In this document: in pieces, positions 29,482 to 40,200 of the stretch
Position numbering within the stretch: position 1 is the first letter of the stretch
Layout of the letters: the number at the start of each line of letters is the position of its first letter
Source: Candidatus Obscuribacterales bacterium
Lineage (GTDB): Bacteria > Cyanobacteriota > Vampirovibrionia > Obscuribacterales > Obscuribacteraceae
Direction: 5' to 3'
DNA: 64,000 nucleotides
NCBI GenBank assembly: GCA_965228855.1
Contig: CBDDIJ010000003.1
Span: 1,440,001-1,504,000, forward strand
Position numbers and translations under genes: made by a program
Notes under the pieces: model-generated
What the model was told of the DNA's origin: nothing
What the model saw: the letters and a program-made list of their open reading frames with translations, nothing else
Databases searched by the model: none

Positions 29482-29631
29482 GAGTGCGCGATCTGAAATT
29501 CATTTTTTTCGTGTTCACAGAGCAGTCATTTGAACTTAATAAGATAGGTATGCGTGAAAACCTAGCTTGTCGTTCATCAATGCTTGCCATAAGCGACCGT
29601 GACCGATTGGTATAGCTGGAGGTAAAGTTCA

Positions 29632-30663
29632 ATGTCCACTGCATCCACTAGTGAAGAGTTCTTTAGTTTTCAACGAAATCTTGACTCCTTTGACGAACAA
29701 ATGGACTGGGGAGCGCACCGCCTGCGATGGCGCAGCCGTTGGGGCCACGAAGAGGTGATTCGTCGAGAATCTGAGTTTCAAGAGTGGCGAAATCCATACA
29801 ACGGAAGCGCAAAGGAACTATCGCTAGCGCATTATATGAAGTACGCATCACAGTTCCGACTGCTCACGCATCAGGAGGAATTGCAACTAGCAGAGCGCGC
29901 CTTGAATGGCGACGAGCGCGCTCGCGAAAAGTTGGTACTTTCGAACTTGCGTCTAGTAGTTAAATTTGCCAAAAGATACAAAGATCGTGGGATTGATTTT
30001 GAGGACCTTGTTCAAGAAGGCAACTTGGGATTGATACGCGCCTCTCAGTCATTCGATCCGTCAAAAGGCACCAGGTTCTCGACCTATGCGTGCATGTGGA
30101 TTATTCAGTTTATCTCTCGCATGGTCGACAACAAATCGCGTTCAATAAGGTTGCCGATCCGAGTTCACAAAGACATTAGAACAGTAAAGCAAATAATTGA
30201 AAGAGTAAAACTCACTAGAGGAACAGAGCCATCAATTGAAGAGATCGTTAAAATTTCAGAGTTGAGCGAGTCTAGAGTAAAAGCTGCATTCAAGAATATG
30301 ATCAGTCCCATATCTCTGAATCAAGAAACCGGTTTTGAGAACACCATCGAGCTCGGCGACCAAATAGTCTACAACGATGGCGATGATGTTGAGTCACCAG
30401 TAGAGCAACAGCTTTCCGAAGAGTTTGTCCGCACTTTGATTGGAATCCTAACACCCGAGGAAAGTAAGGTGATTTCAGAGCGGTATGGATTGACAGGCAA
30501 TAGCGAAATCGGCTTTAAAGAACTTTCGGAGCGCACAGGAATACCGCTGGGCAAAGTTAAACGAATTCATGCGATTGCCCTGAAGAAGATGAAGAGAAAA
30601 GCAAATCTGCTCTCCGAAACGAGGGGCGTGACAAAGGTTGGCTATTTCGCTTTACCGGGTTGA
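29632..30663 (+). CDS. Alternative sigma-70 factor (RpoD/RpoS-like architecture, divergent)
   Basis: Region 1.2 (LLTHQEE), region 2 ([33 protein letters not shown]), region 3 (PISLN), region 4 HTH. Confidence 0.9.
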   Translation: MSTASTSEEFFSFQRNLDSFDEQMDWGAHRLRWRSRWGHEEVIRRESEFQEWRNPYNGSAKELSLAHYMKYASQFRLLTHQEELQLAERALNGDERAREKLVLSNLRLVVKFAKRYKDRGIDFEDLVQEGNLGLIRASQSFDPSKGTRFSTYACMWIIQFISRMVDNKSRSIRLPIRVHKDIRTVKQIIERVKLTRGTEPSIEEIVKISELSESRVKAAFKNMISPISLNQETGFENTIELGDQIVYNDGDDVESPVEQQLSEEFVRTLIGILTPEESKVISERYGLTGNSEIGFKELSERTGIPLGKVKRIHAIALKKMKRKANLLSETRGVTKVGYFALPG

Positions 30664-30678
30664 GCCCGGATTGTGAGT

Positions 30679-30695
30679 ATTCACTCGACGTTCAT
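30679..30695 (+). promoter_or_regulatory. Degenerate 11-bp-period repeat upstream of the response regulator
   Basis: ATTCAC-TCGAC-GTTCAT. Confidence 0.35.
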
Positions 30696-30774
30696 CTCCT
30701 GGAGTTAAATTAAACTGTAGGGAACGATAACTCGTTTCAATTGCGGTCAACCTGCGACGATAGTTCGATTCAAA

Positions 30775-31485
30775 ATGTCAAAACTTCTTTTAGTCGAGGA
30801 CGAGCTTGACCTACTTGAGCTTACCAGCATAGCTTTGAGTTCGAGAGGATACAGCGTACAGAAGTGCAGCAGCGGCGACGAAGCGCTCGGTATGCTGCGT
30901 GTCTACAAATTTGACCTGGTTATCTTAGACTGGATGATGCCGGATATCACCGGTATCGAAGTTTTGAAACAGTATCGCGAAATGGGCGGCAATCTTCCTG
31001 TCTTAATGCTCACCGCTAAAGCGTCCGCTGACGATAAAGAGTTCGGACTTGATTCTGGCGCTGATGATTATTTGACTAAACCGTTCGAAATTAAAGAACT
31101 TTGTGCGCGGGTGAGAGCGCTCTTGCGGCGTCCGGCAAATGTCTCCAGCCCCGTGCTGGAAGCGGGCAGTATCCGGGTCGACCCAGCGGCTTGTCTGGTC
31201 GAGAAAGCTGGCATCGAAATTCATTTGAGACCAAAAGTTTATGACCTGTTACTGTTTTTTATGCGGCATCCGGATCAAGTCTTTACGGCCGAAGCCCTTA
31301 TGGAAAGGGTATGGATGGATGACAGCACCGCATCACCAGATACGGTGCGGACGCACATCAAATTGCTTCGGCAATCTATTAGCACGAAGGGCTCAGAAGA
31401 TTTGATTGAGACAATTAGAGGAAAGGGCTACATTCTCAGATCGAATAGAGATGATGCCCAAACTGATCCAGGTTCAAGACTCTGA
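30775..31485 (+). CDS. OmpR/PhoB-family response regulator
   Basis: LLVEDE, LDWMMP, MLTA, KPF; wHTH VRTHIKLLR...IETIRGKGY. Confidence 0.95.
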   Translation: MSKLLLVEDELDLLELTSIALSSRGYSVQKCSSGDEALGMLRVYKFDLVILDWMMPDITGIEVLKQYREMGGNLPVLMLTAKASADDKEFGLDSGADDYLTKPFEIKELCARVRALLRRPANVSSPVLEAGSIRVDPAACLVEKAGIEIHLRPKVYDLLLFFMRHPDQVFTAEALMERVWMDDSTASPDTVRTHIKLLRQSISTKGSEDLIETIRGKGYILRSNRDDAQTDPGSRL

Positions 31486-32655
31486 TGTATTGACTGTGCT
31501 GTTTTCAATTGGAATTTCAAACCAAAAGGTTGAACCTCTTCCGACTTTGCTATCCACGCCGATCTGTCCTCCATGTATTTCGACAAGTGATTTCGAAATC
31601 GACAAGCCGAGACCTGTTCCACCGGGTACTCTTTTGTCGGACGAATCAATCTGTTGAAATTTTTGGAATAGTTTTCCGAAGTCCTTTTGGGCGATTCCCG
31701 GGCCTCTGTCGATAACTCTGAAGCAGATGAAACCGTCTCGATTTTTGACAGTTTGAATTCTGATCTTGCTGTTGTTGGGCGAAAACTTTATGGCATTAGC
31801 AGTTAAATTACTCAGAACCTGAGCTAGCCTATCTCGATCAACATTCATTACGTCGTCGCAATTTATGTTTACTTCAAAGTTGATATTGCGTTCCGCTGCA
31901 GTCGCCTCAAGTTCGCCAAGAACCTGTTCAATCAAGTCTTGAGGCAACGTTCGCTCAAGTCTGAGCTCCATCTTTCCAGCTTCTATTTTTCGAAAATCAA
32001 GGATATCGTTTACCAGCTTGAGTAAGCGACTGGTGTTTCGACCTGCCATTTCCACTAGTTTGGATGAGTCCGCCGTGAGCGGGCCTCCGGTTCCCTCCGC
32101 CAACAAAGCCAGGGCTGTTCGCACCGAGGATAGTGGCGTTCTGAGCTCATGGGAAATCTTCGAATAGAACTCGGAGATTGCCTTCTCAGCTTCCTTTCTA
32201 GCCGTTATGTCGTTCTGAACACCAATAAAATTGATCAAGCCGCCTGACTCGTCATGCACCGGTGAGACCGTGAGTTCATTCCAGAAAAGGGTATGGTTCT
32301 TTCTGTAGTTTCTCAAAACAACCGTGATGGACTCTTGTTTCTGGATTGCTTCCCTCAACTGTTGCAGACCTTCTTGATCGCGATCATCACCTTGCAAGAA
32401 TCGGCAGTTGTGACCGATTACTTCTTCGCGGGTGTAGCCTGACATATCAAGGAAGCTTGGGTTCACATAAATGATTGGGTTATCGACTTGATGTGGATCG
32501 GTTATCACTATGCCGTTTCTCGCGCATGATATTGCGCGCTCCAGAATCATCATTTTGTCTCGAGAATTTTTTACATCTTCCAAGATTGGTGCACAGGTCG
32601 ATTCAGAGCCTTTGGTCCCGCTGCGTATGCGTCCTCTGCGTTTTTCTTCGGTCAT
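31474..32655 (-). CDS. Soluble LOV-domain (blue-light) sensor histidine kinase
   Basis: LOV signature GHNCRFLQG with NYRK, FWN and GVQ; H-box SHELRTPL; N box, G1 DRGPGI, G2 GTGLGL; no TM segments. Confidence 0.93.
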   Translation of the reverse strand: MTEEKRRGRIRSGTKGSESTCAPILEDVKNSRDKMMILERAISCARNGIVITDPHQVDNPIIYVNPSFLDMSGYTREEVIGHNCRFLQGDDRDQEGLQQLREAIQKQESITVVLRNYRKNHTLFWNELTVSPVHDESGGLINFIGVQNDITARKEAEKAISEFYSKISHELRTPLSSVRTALALLAEGTGGPLTADSSKLVEMAGRNTSRLLKLVNDILDFRKIEAGKMELRLERTLPQDLIEQVLGELEATAAERNINFEVNINCDDVMNVDRDRLAQVLSNLTANAIKFSPNNSKIRIQTVKNRDGFICFRVIDRGPGIAQKDFGKLFQKFQQIDSSDKRVPGGTGLGLSISKSLVEIHGGQIGVDSKVGRGSTFWFEIPIENSTVNTSES

Positions 32656-32686
32656 TAGCAATGCACTCGTACGAAATTCTGCCGTG

Positions 32687-33466
32687 TCACTTGGATGCAA
32701 CTCGTGGGCGCAAGTTCGAAAGACCGCCATCGATTCTGAATATTTGGCCGGTGACCCAAGAATTTTCTTCGGACAGCAGCCATGTTATTGCTGAGGCGAC
32801 ATACTCAGGTGTGCCCACGCGTCCGAGTGCGTGCATATCATCAGAAGATCGCCTTGCCGACTCGGCCGAGAGCAAGTGTCGTGTCAACTTTGTCTCAATC
32901 AAGCCCGGCGCGACACAATTAACGCGGATGTTTCGCCGCGCATAAGACGCAGCCGCCGCGACTGCGAGCCCTTCGATACCTGCTTTAGCTGCCGAGATAG
33001 CCTCATGTGAAGCCAGTCCGACCGTTGCCGCAGCCGATGACAGAAGAACTATTGAACCACCTCCTCGCATCATAGCTCCTGCTGCCGCTCTCACTATCTT
33101 AAAGCTCGAGGTCAAATTCACGTCGATGACGGACTGCCACTCTTGATCGGTAATAAGATGCGCAGGTTTCAACAACAATGAGCCAATGCAGTTGACGACG
33201 CCGTCGACGCGTCCGTATTTTTCGAACGTCTGACTGATGCACGCATCTATGGAACCTTGCTCAGCAACATCGACCTGGTGTCCGTCCACACTCATGTCCC
33301 TGATGCACTGATCGAGAGAGGCTTTGTTCCTCCCGGTGACAACTACTGTGCAGCCGACGCTGACTAGATTCTTCGAGACCGCAGACCCGATACCGCCTGT
33401 GCCACCAAAAACGATAAATACCTTCTCTTTGGACCGCGACTGTTCATCCAGTGCCATCTGTTTCAC
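32687..33466 (-). CDS. Atypical short-chain dehydrogenase/reductase
   Basis: GGTGGIG, VNCIG, DVNL, IRVNCVAPG, VTGQ..IDGG; YxxxK replaced by ISAAK. Confidence 0.9.
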   Translation of the reverse strand: MKQMALDEQSRSKEKVFIVFGGTGGIGSAVSKNLVSVGCTVVVTGRNKASLDQCIRDMSVDGHQVDVAEQGSIDACISQTFEKYGRVDGVVNCIGSLLLKPAHLITDQEWQSVIDVNLTSSFKIVRAAAGAMMRGGGSIVLLSSAAATVGLASHEAISAAKAGIEGLAVAAAASYARRNIRVNCVAPGLIETKLTRHLLSAESARRSSDDMHALGRVGTPEYVASAITWLLSEENSWVTGQIFRIDGGLSNLRPRVASK

Positions 33467-33505
33467 CCCCAGATTCCTTCTAATCTTATATCAGCTCGTC
33501 GACGC

Positions 33506-34138
33506 CTAGCTAAATGCGTCTTTCAGCGCGGCTCTAGCGGCCAGATGCTTTCTGGTTTCGTTTAACAGCCTGTATTCATTTTGCAGACGCTCAATCGTCG
33601 TCTCCACTTCCAGAAGGCGTTGTTGCTCAGCCGGTGAACCATATAGTCTTGCCGGCACCCAGTAGGATAGCTCAGTCGGATCATCGGGGCAGTCACTAAC
33701 CACATCAATCGGAACCCCTTGCAGCTTAGATGAAAGGCGTGCGATGTCATCCAGGGCGGTACGGACTTCACGAGCGACCTCGAAGCAATCAATATTTGGC
33801 TCGCAATCGGTGATTCGATGGACGCGAGCCTGCCTGTAAGGTCTGCCGTCTACCAGACTCAATAAGGAAAACCGATCGCATCCTCGAACAATTATGTTCA
33901 TGCGCCCGTCAGGGAGCTTCGTCAGGTCCACTATCCTGGCAAGGCAGCCCATACCCGATATCGTAGCGCCCTCCTCGATTCGTATGACACCGAAGGTGCC
34001 GCCGGATTTCAAAACATCATGAATCATTTCCCGATATCGGTTCTCAAAAATGTGCAGAGGCAAATCTATAAACGGGAAAAGAACCACAGGTAGTGGAAAG
34101 ATCGGAACCACAAGCGACCGATTTATTGACTTGTTCAT
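33506..34138 (-). CDS. Stand-alone LON peptidase substrate-binding (N-terminal) domain protein
   Basis: PIFPLPVVLFP..LPLHIFE.RY, PDGR.NI...G..RF, QQRLLE...ERL; ATG at 34138 with GAGG upstream. Confidence 0.88.
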   Translation of the reverse strand: MNKSINRSLVVPIFPLPVVLFPFIDLPLHIFENRYREMIHDVLKSGGTFGVIRIEEGATISGMGCLARIVDLTKLPDGRMNIIVRGCDRFSLLSLVDGRPYRQARVHRITDCEPNIDCFEVAREVRTALDDIARLSSKLQGVPIDVVSDCPDDPTELSYWVPARLYGSPAEQQRLLEVETTIERLQNEYRLLNETRKHLAARAALKDAFS

Positions 34139-34181
34139 TGCTACTTCCTCAGGGCACCCTCTTCTATCATGAATCTTTCCG

Positions 34182-34210
34182 CTGAACATTCTGTGAACGA
34201 GATTCACAAA
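34182..34210 (-). promoter_or_regulatory. Operator-like motif / 23-bp repeat copy 2, upstream of LON-N-SDR-LOV-HK
   Basis: Minus strand GTTCAC-AGAAT-GTTCAG (11-bp period), overlapping the palindrome TGTGAA-N5-TTCACA. Confidence 0.55.
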
Positions 34211-34214
34211 ACTT

Positions 34215-34246
34215 TCGGAGCACCATCGATATCGACGGTGCTCCGA
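34215..34246 (-). terminator. Rho-independent terminator of the giant gene
   Basis: TCGGAGCACCGTCGA-TA-TCGATGGTGCTCCGA followed by AAGTTTTG, 27 bp after the stop codon. Confidence 0.7.
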
Positions 34247-34273
34247 GAAGGTTTTGGTTTTTAGATGATTAGC

Positions 34274-37200
34274 TTACTTGGCCATTGCGGTCATCGCCGG
34301 CTTGAAGTAGTGCTGGAACTCACCTTTTCCGCCCATGTGGAGGAGGATTGCGGTGGTCTTCATCATCTTGTTAGCGACTTGTTTCGCTTGCGGGTGCTTC
34401 GAGCACATTACGAGTTGGAGCGGTTTGATGCTGCTGATTGCAGATGCTACCGAGAACTCGGAGGTGTGAGCTTTGACACCAGCTTTGATTGTCTTGGTTG
34501 CAACGTTGCGGTGCGGGATTGCTTCGATTGCGTTGACTTGAGCAAACTCACCGGCTGTTGCGTGAGCAACGGTAACGTGGTTACCAGGTGCGAGGGTGAT
34601 GGTCTGACCGTGTGCGTTGACCGATACCGAACCCTTGTGGCTGTCTTCGATGTCATAGACGGCGAGCTTATCGTTGCTGATTGAAACGAGAGCTACCGAC
34701 TTGGCTTCGATGGTGACGTTGCCGTGTGGGGTTTCGACAACAGTGTCTTGGAACGGAACGAAGAGAACGTTGCCTTTCTTCAGTACGACACGGTTGCTGT
34801 GTGCGGTCTTCGCTACTTCGTTGCCGCTGACGCCGAGTTCGACGTCGGAGCAGATTGAAGCGTCAGCTTGAGCTGTCGGTCCGTAGCCGCCGACCATGTA
34901 GGAGTTGTCTTCACCAGTGGTGGCGACTCCGCCGACGAGGGTCGTGTCTGCAGCGGTCACGGTGGAACCGGCTCCGTTGCCGACACCAGCCGCGGTGGCT
35001 GTAGCGTTGAGGTCAGTACCGATAGCAGTGTTGGCCATCACGCCAGCATTGCTGTTGAACATGGTGTTGAGCATGGTGTTAGCGAAGGTAGCTTCCGTGC
35101 TCGATGCGGTGTTGGTGGTGAGACCATCATTCGCTTTGTTCGCAACTGTCTCGAAGCTGCCGCCGTTAGGGAGGTAAGCATTCGTGGTTGCTGCTTCACC
35201 GGCTACGCTCGGCGGGTCAGCCTGGATCAGCACGTTGCCTTCGAGAATGATGTTTTTGTTCTTGAGGGTGTTGCTGATGAAGACAGTTGCGTTGTCTGCG
35301 GTGATGGTGTTAGCCGGGTCGCCATTTCTACCTGCGTAGAACGGTTTAGCCGATTTACCACCCTGAATAACTCCACCGTTGATTGCGTTATAGGTAACGT
35401 TTCTCGGTGGGTTGGTGAGGGTTCTCACTCTGGTGGTCAATTCGCCCATCTGGATGGTCACGTTGCCGCCTGGTTTGACTGCTGCGTTACCGATGATTTG
35501 AGCGCCGTCACCGAAGGTGATGAATGTACTTTGCTTCGAGCCACCGTTGATAGCGTTGCCGATGAAGACATTGCCGTTGGAACCGGGGCTGTTGGCTTGA
35601 ACCGTTACGCCGTCGTTGATTCTCAGTGTGCCGGATCCACCAGTGATGTTGATGTTGCCGTCTACGTTGGTCACGTTGCCGATAACGGTGAGCGGACCAT
35701 TAGCCGAGAAGAACAGGTCGTTCGTCGCAGTCGAAGCTCCGAGGTTGACTCCGCCGGTTGCGAGGCTGGTTACGAAAGCCGAGTCTCCACCGTTGGTTGC
35801 GGTATCGATTCTGATTTCGCCCACTCCAGCGCCGACCTGGAATGCGGTACCGGTCGAACCGATATCAGCATTGTTGGAAGTGCGGAGGGTGAGGAGAGGA
35901 GTTACGAGGTTAGCTGCTGCGACCTGTGTATTGGTCAGGTCGGTTCCGCTGGTCAAACCGATTGAGGTCGAACCGTTGAGCACGCCGGTGACGTTGAAGG
36001 CACCGTCAGTTCTGAGTTCGATGACGCCAGCGGTTTGTGCACCGGTAGCCAGGTCGCCAGTGAAGTAGGCGTCGATGGTTCCACCAGTTGCCACCGTGAT
36101 TGCTCCGAGGGTCGAAGCTGCGGTGTTGGTGTTGCGGATGAAGGCATCACCGACTGCGGTACCGGTCACGGTGTTGGCGTTGACGGTGAAGCGGTTAGCT
36201 GCGTCCACACCGATGTCGCTGCTCGAGGTGAGGGTGACGACATCACCGGTTACGGTTCCTGCGGTTCCGGTATTGAGGTTAGCCACGAGGGTCACGTCTC
36301 CACCGTTGTTGGTGTCGATTGAATCGAATGTGACGCTTCCGCCGAGGTTAGCTCCTGCCGTGAAGGTTCCGGTGACAATTCCGTTGAACACGGTGATGCC
36401 GGCGCCGTTCGAAGGAGTAGCCGTCGAGATGGTTGCATTACCACCAGCGATGGTTCCGTTCAGGTTGACTGCGCCGAGGTCGATAGCGCCTTCAGCAATC
36501 ACCTGGAGATTACCGCCGTTGTCACCATTCGAAGTGATATCACCGATGGTGATGTTGCCGGCTGCTGAGCCGCCTCCGTTGGCCACTGCGACTACGTTGC
36601 CACCACTGCTGCCTGCGCTGCCGTTGGTGATGACGTTGAGTCCGCCGAGGTTGATGTTGCCGCCCGAGGCGCTGTAACCAGAGATGGTGTATTCAACGTT
36701 GCCGTTGGTGACTTGACCCGGTGTAGCCGGTGTGAAGTCGTAGCCTGCCATCAAGGTGAGGTTGCCGCCGTTGCCGGATGAGTTGGTCAGGTTGATGACC
36801 GTAGCACCTGCAGCGTTGATCGAGCCCGAAGCGAGAATCGCGAGGTCTTGACCGTTATATATGATGTCTCCGAGGAGGTTGACGTCACCGGTGCTGTTAG
36901 CGATGGTGCCGTTGCCGCATGGGTTGTTCCAGACGAGTGGGTTGCCCACGAGGATGCCCTGGAGAATCAGGTTGCAGGTGTTGACGGTGAGCTGTTGCTG
37001 ACCGATTACGTTCGCTCCGGTGCTGATGACAATCATGTCGGTTCCGTTGAGAGCCGAGAGTTCAGCAATCGAGGTGAAGGTCGTGTTGCCGTTCAGTACC
37101 AGGTTGTCCAGGGTGGCGTTGAAGAACACACCGTTGGTCGCGCCGTACTGAGCGACGTTGACGCCCGCGCCGCCATTGACTGTCAGACCCTGACCAGCTT

Positions 37201-40200
37201 CGCTCGAAACCGTGATCATGTTTGCATTGACTGCAAATCCGGAGTTGGTGAGAGTGTTGGTGGTCAACTGGAGGTCGCCGGTGGTGGTGAGGTCAGCACC
37301 GATGGTGATGCCGCCAGCGCCGTTTGTGATGGTCAAGCTCTGTGCTGCGCCTACCGTTCCGATTGTCAGTGCGTTTGCACCGTTATCGAGGAAGACGTTA
37401 CCTGCGCCAGAAGCGTTCAACGTCGAGACGTTATTGGCTACCTGGTCGAGGTCCGCGGTTGCATCTACGTCGAGGTTCAACGTGGTTGCGGTGATCGAGC
37501 TGGTTGCGTTCTGAGTCACGTTGCCGCCAGCAGCGGTGAGGTTCAAGGTGGTTGCGCTTACGGCTCCACCGTTGAGGTTGATGTCGTTAGAACCACCGGC
37601 TGTGAGGCTCAAGGTGTTGAGTCCGGTGAGTGCTGCAGCCGTTGTGATGTCACCGTTAAGTGCAGTCACCGACAGGCTCGCTACGTCTTGTCCGTTGAGA
37701 ACGATGTCACCGGTGTTGATGATGGTGAGGTCGCCACCGGCATTGTTGGTGGTGAGGCTCGCCACGTTGGTTCCTAGGACTGTCGGTCCGAGGTTGCCGA
37801 AGTTGAGGGTGAGTGCTCCACCGTTGATGACTGTTCCGATTGCAGGAACGATTGCATCGTTTGCAGTCAGGACGATCGTGGTGGAACCGGTCACATCAGC
37901 TCCGAGGTTCAGGTCGCTTCCGAGTCCGCCTGCGTTGAGATTCAAGTTGGCGAAGCTGAGCGGAACGGTCGTATCGATAGAACCGTTGGTCGTATTGACC
38001 GTCAGGTCGGTACCGAGGTTAGCGCCGAGGGTGATGGCGTTAGCTTCGTTGACCGTCAGGCTGGTGCCGTTGACGATGCTGTCGAGGCTAGCGACATCGG
38101 TGGTGAGAGTCGCTGCTCCGGTGTTGAACGCCACTCCGAGGTCTCCACCGAAGATGGTGCCAGCCACTTGAGTGAGTCCGCCGTCCGAGACGAGGTCTAC
38201 AGAGGTTGTACCGGTGACATCAGCGCTCAAGAAGATCAAACCGCCCGAGCCGATTCCGGTGGAAATATCAGTGACATCACCCGAGACAGCCGCGTTGACG
38301 ATTACGTCACCGGCGTCAGATGTGAGGGTCGCGTTACCGGTAGCGGTTACCGACGAGGTGATGGTGAGATCACCAGCCGTAGCCGTGAGGGTCGCGTTGG
38401 TCGCATTTACTGTGTTGTCTACATCGAGAGTTGCACCCGAGAGAACTACGTCATTAGCAACGATTGCCGAAGCGAGGTCCAGAGTGCCGGTGGTCGAGAC
38501 GTTGAGGTCTTGAGCCGCGTTGCTCGTAGCTGTCAGAGTCAGAGCTACGCTGTCAACGAAGGTTACCGATGCAGCGCCAGCAGCGTTCACATTGAGCGCA
38601 TCAACGCTGTTGAGTGCGTTGCTCAAGTTGACCGTGCCACCGTTGGTGAGGTTGAGGTTCAAGATGTCAGCATCAACGTTTGCGGTTTGAGAGACACCGC
38701 CACCGTTGGTGGTGATGGTGATAGCTCCACCGATTGCGTTCGCTGTTACGACGCCATCTATAAAGATGTTGCCGAACGACGAGTTGGTTGCGAGGTTGAC
38801 GCTTGCGCCAGTCACAGGTCCGCTGATAACAACGTTGCCCATGATGGTGGCAGCTAGCGACACAGTCGCATCACTGATGATTGAACCGTTGACCGCTACT
38901 CCGGCTGCGCCGTTAGCAGTGACGTTGCTTGAAGCATCGATGTCGCCGTTGACGGTGACGAGCGAGCCATTCAGGTCGAGCAAGCCGTAGGTATGGGCGC
39001 CAGCTCCGACCGCAATGTTCGCGTTGTTGGTGATGCTCACGCTGACATCGTTGCTACCTGCGTTTGAGGTGAGGGTGATGCTGGCATGGTTATCGGTTAG
39101 TTCGACGTAGCCTGATCCGCTGCCGTACGAGGTTACGTTGAGGTTGCTGATCGCGCTGGTGTCGACTATCGCTGAGCCATCACCCACAGTGAACGAAACA
39201 GAGTTCGCTGTCAGGTCGGCGATGGAGGTTGTGTCAAATCCGCCACTGGAGCTGGTGATGGCGACGTTACCGTTGCCAGCGTTGATGGTTCCAGCCAGGA
39301 GTTCCCCGAGTGATGCCGCGCCGACTGCGAATCCACCTTGAAGTAGTTCGCCGTTGCCGACTTGAGTCGAAGGACCAGGAGCGAGAAACGCTTGAGCAAC
39401 TGCGAGCGTGACGTCACCGCCGGTTCCGTTGGTTCCGGTCGTGTTGACAGTGCCATTCAGGTGGATGTCGCTTTCGCCGATGATGGTCACAGCACCGCCG
39501 TTGTTGTCACCAGTTGTGGTGATGGCTTCAGTGGTGATGGTTCCGGCGTTGGTCAGACCACCGTTTGCCACGAGGGTGACACTACCACCGTTGCCGCCTG
39601 CGAAGGTCGAGCCGGTGTTGATGGTGAGTCCGGTGAAGTCGATGTTACCGCCTGAGGTCGAAGTACCAGTGATGGTGAACAGCGTGGGCGAGAAGTTGAC
39701 TTGACCACCGGTTGCCGGGGTGAAGTCGAAGCCTGCAACGACCAGGAGGTCGCCACCGTCGCCGGTGCTGCTGCTCAGATTGATAGAAGTGTTGGTTCCA
39801 GCGAGGACGTTGCCTTGAGCGAGGATCGCGAGGTCAAGTCCGCTGAAGTTGAGGGCTCCAACTCCGGTCAGGTCAACATTGCCGATCGAGTTGGCGATGG
39901 TGCCGGCGCCGAGTGGGCAGTTGAAGTTGATGATCGGAGCCGTGAGAGATCCGAGAAGAACCAGGTTGCAAGTGTTGAGATCGAGCGTTCCGGTTACAGT
40001 CACGTCTGCACCGAGTCCGATTACAACTGCGAAGTTGGTTGCGGAGGTGAATGCCGTGTCAGGAGCGTCGAAGGTTTGTTCACCGAGGAAGGTGGCGTCG
40101 CCGCCAGTACCTGTGACTTCGATTACTCCGGTCGCGGTGATCAATCCGCCAGGACCAGCCGAGCCATCCACGGTCACGCCGTTACCAGCGAAGCTCTGGA

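Noticed and set aside
29417..29644. N-terminal extension of the fasciclin ORF in the ORF track
   Set aside because: It overlaps the sigma start and the promoter motifs; the RBS and signal peptide support ATG 29416.
27951..34210. Calling the light module a mobile element
   Set aside because: No integrase, transposase or tRNA target; the flanking repeat is equally explained as an operator, so it is reported only as a hypothesis.
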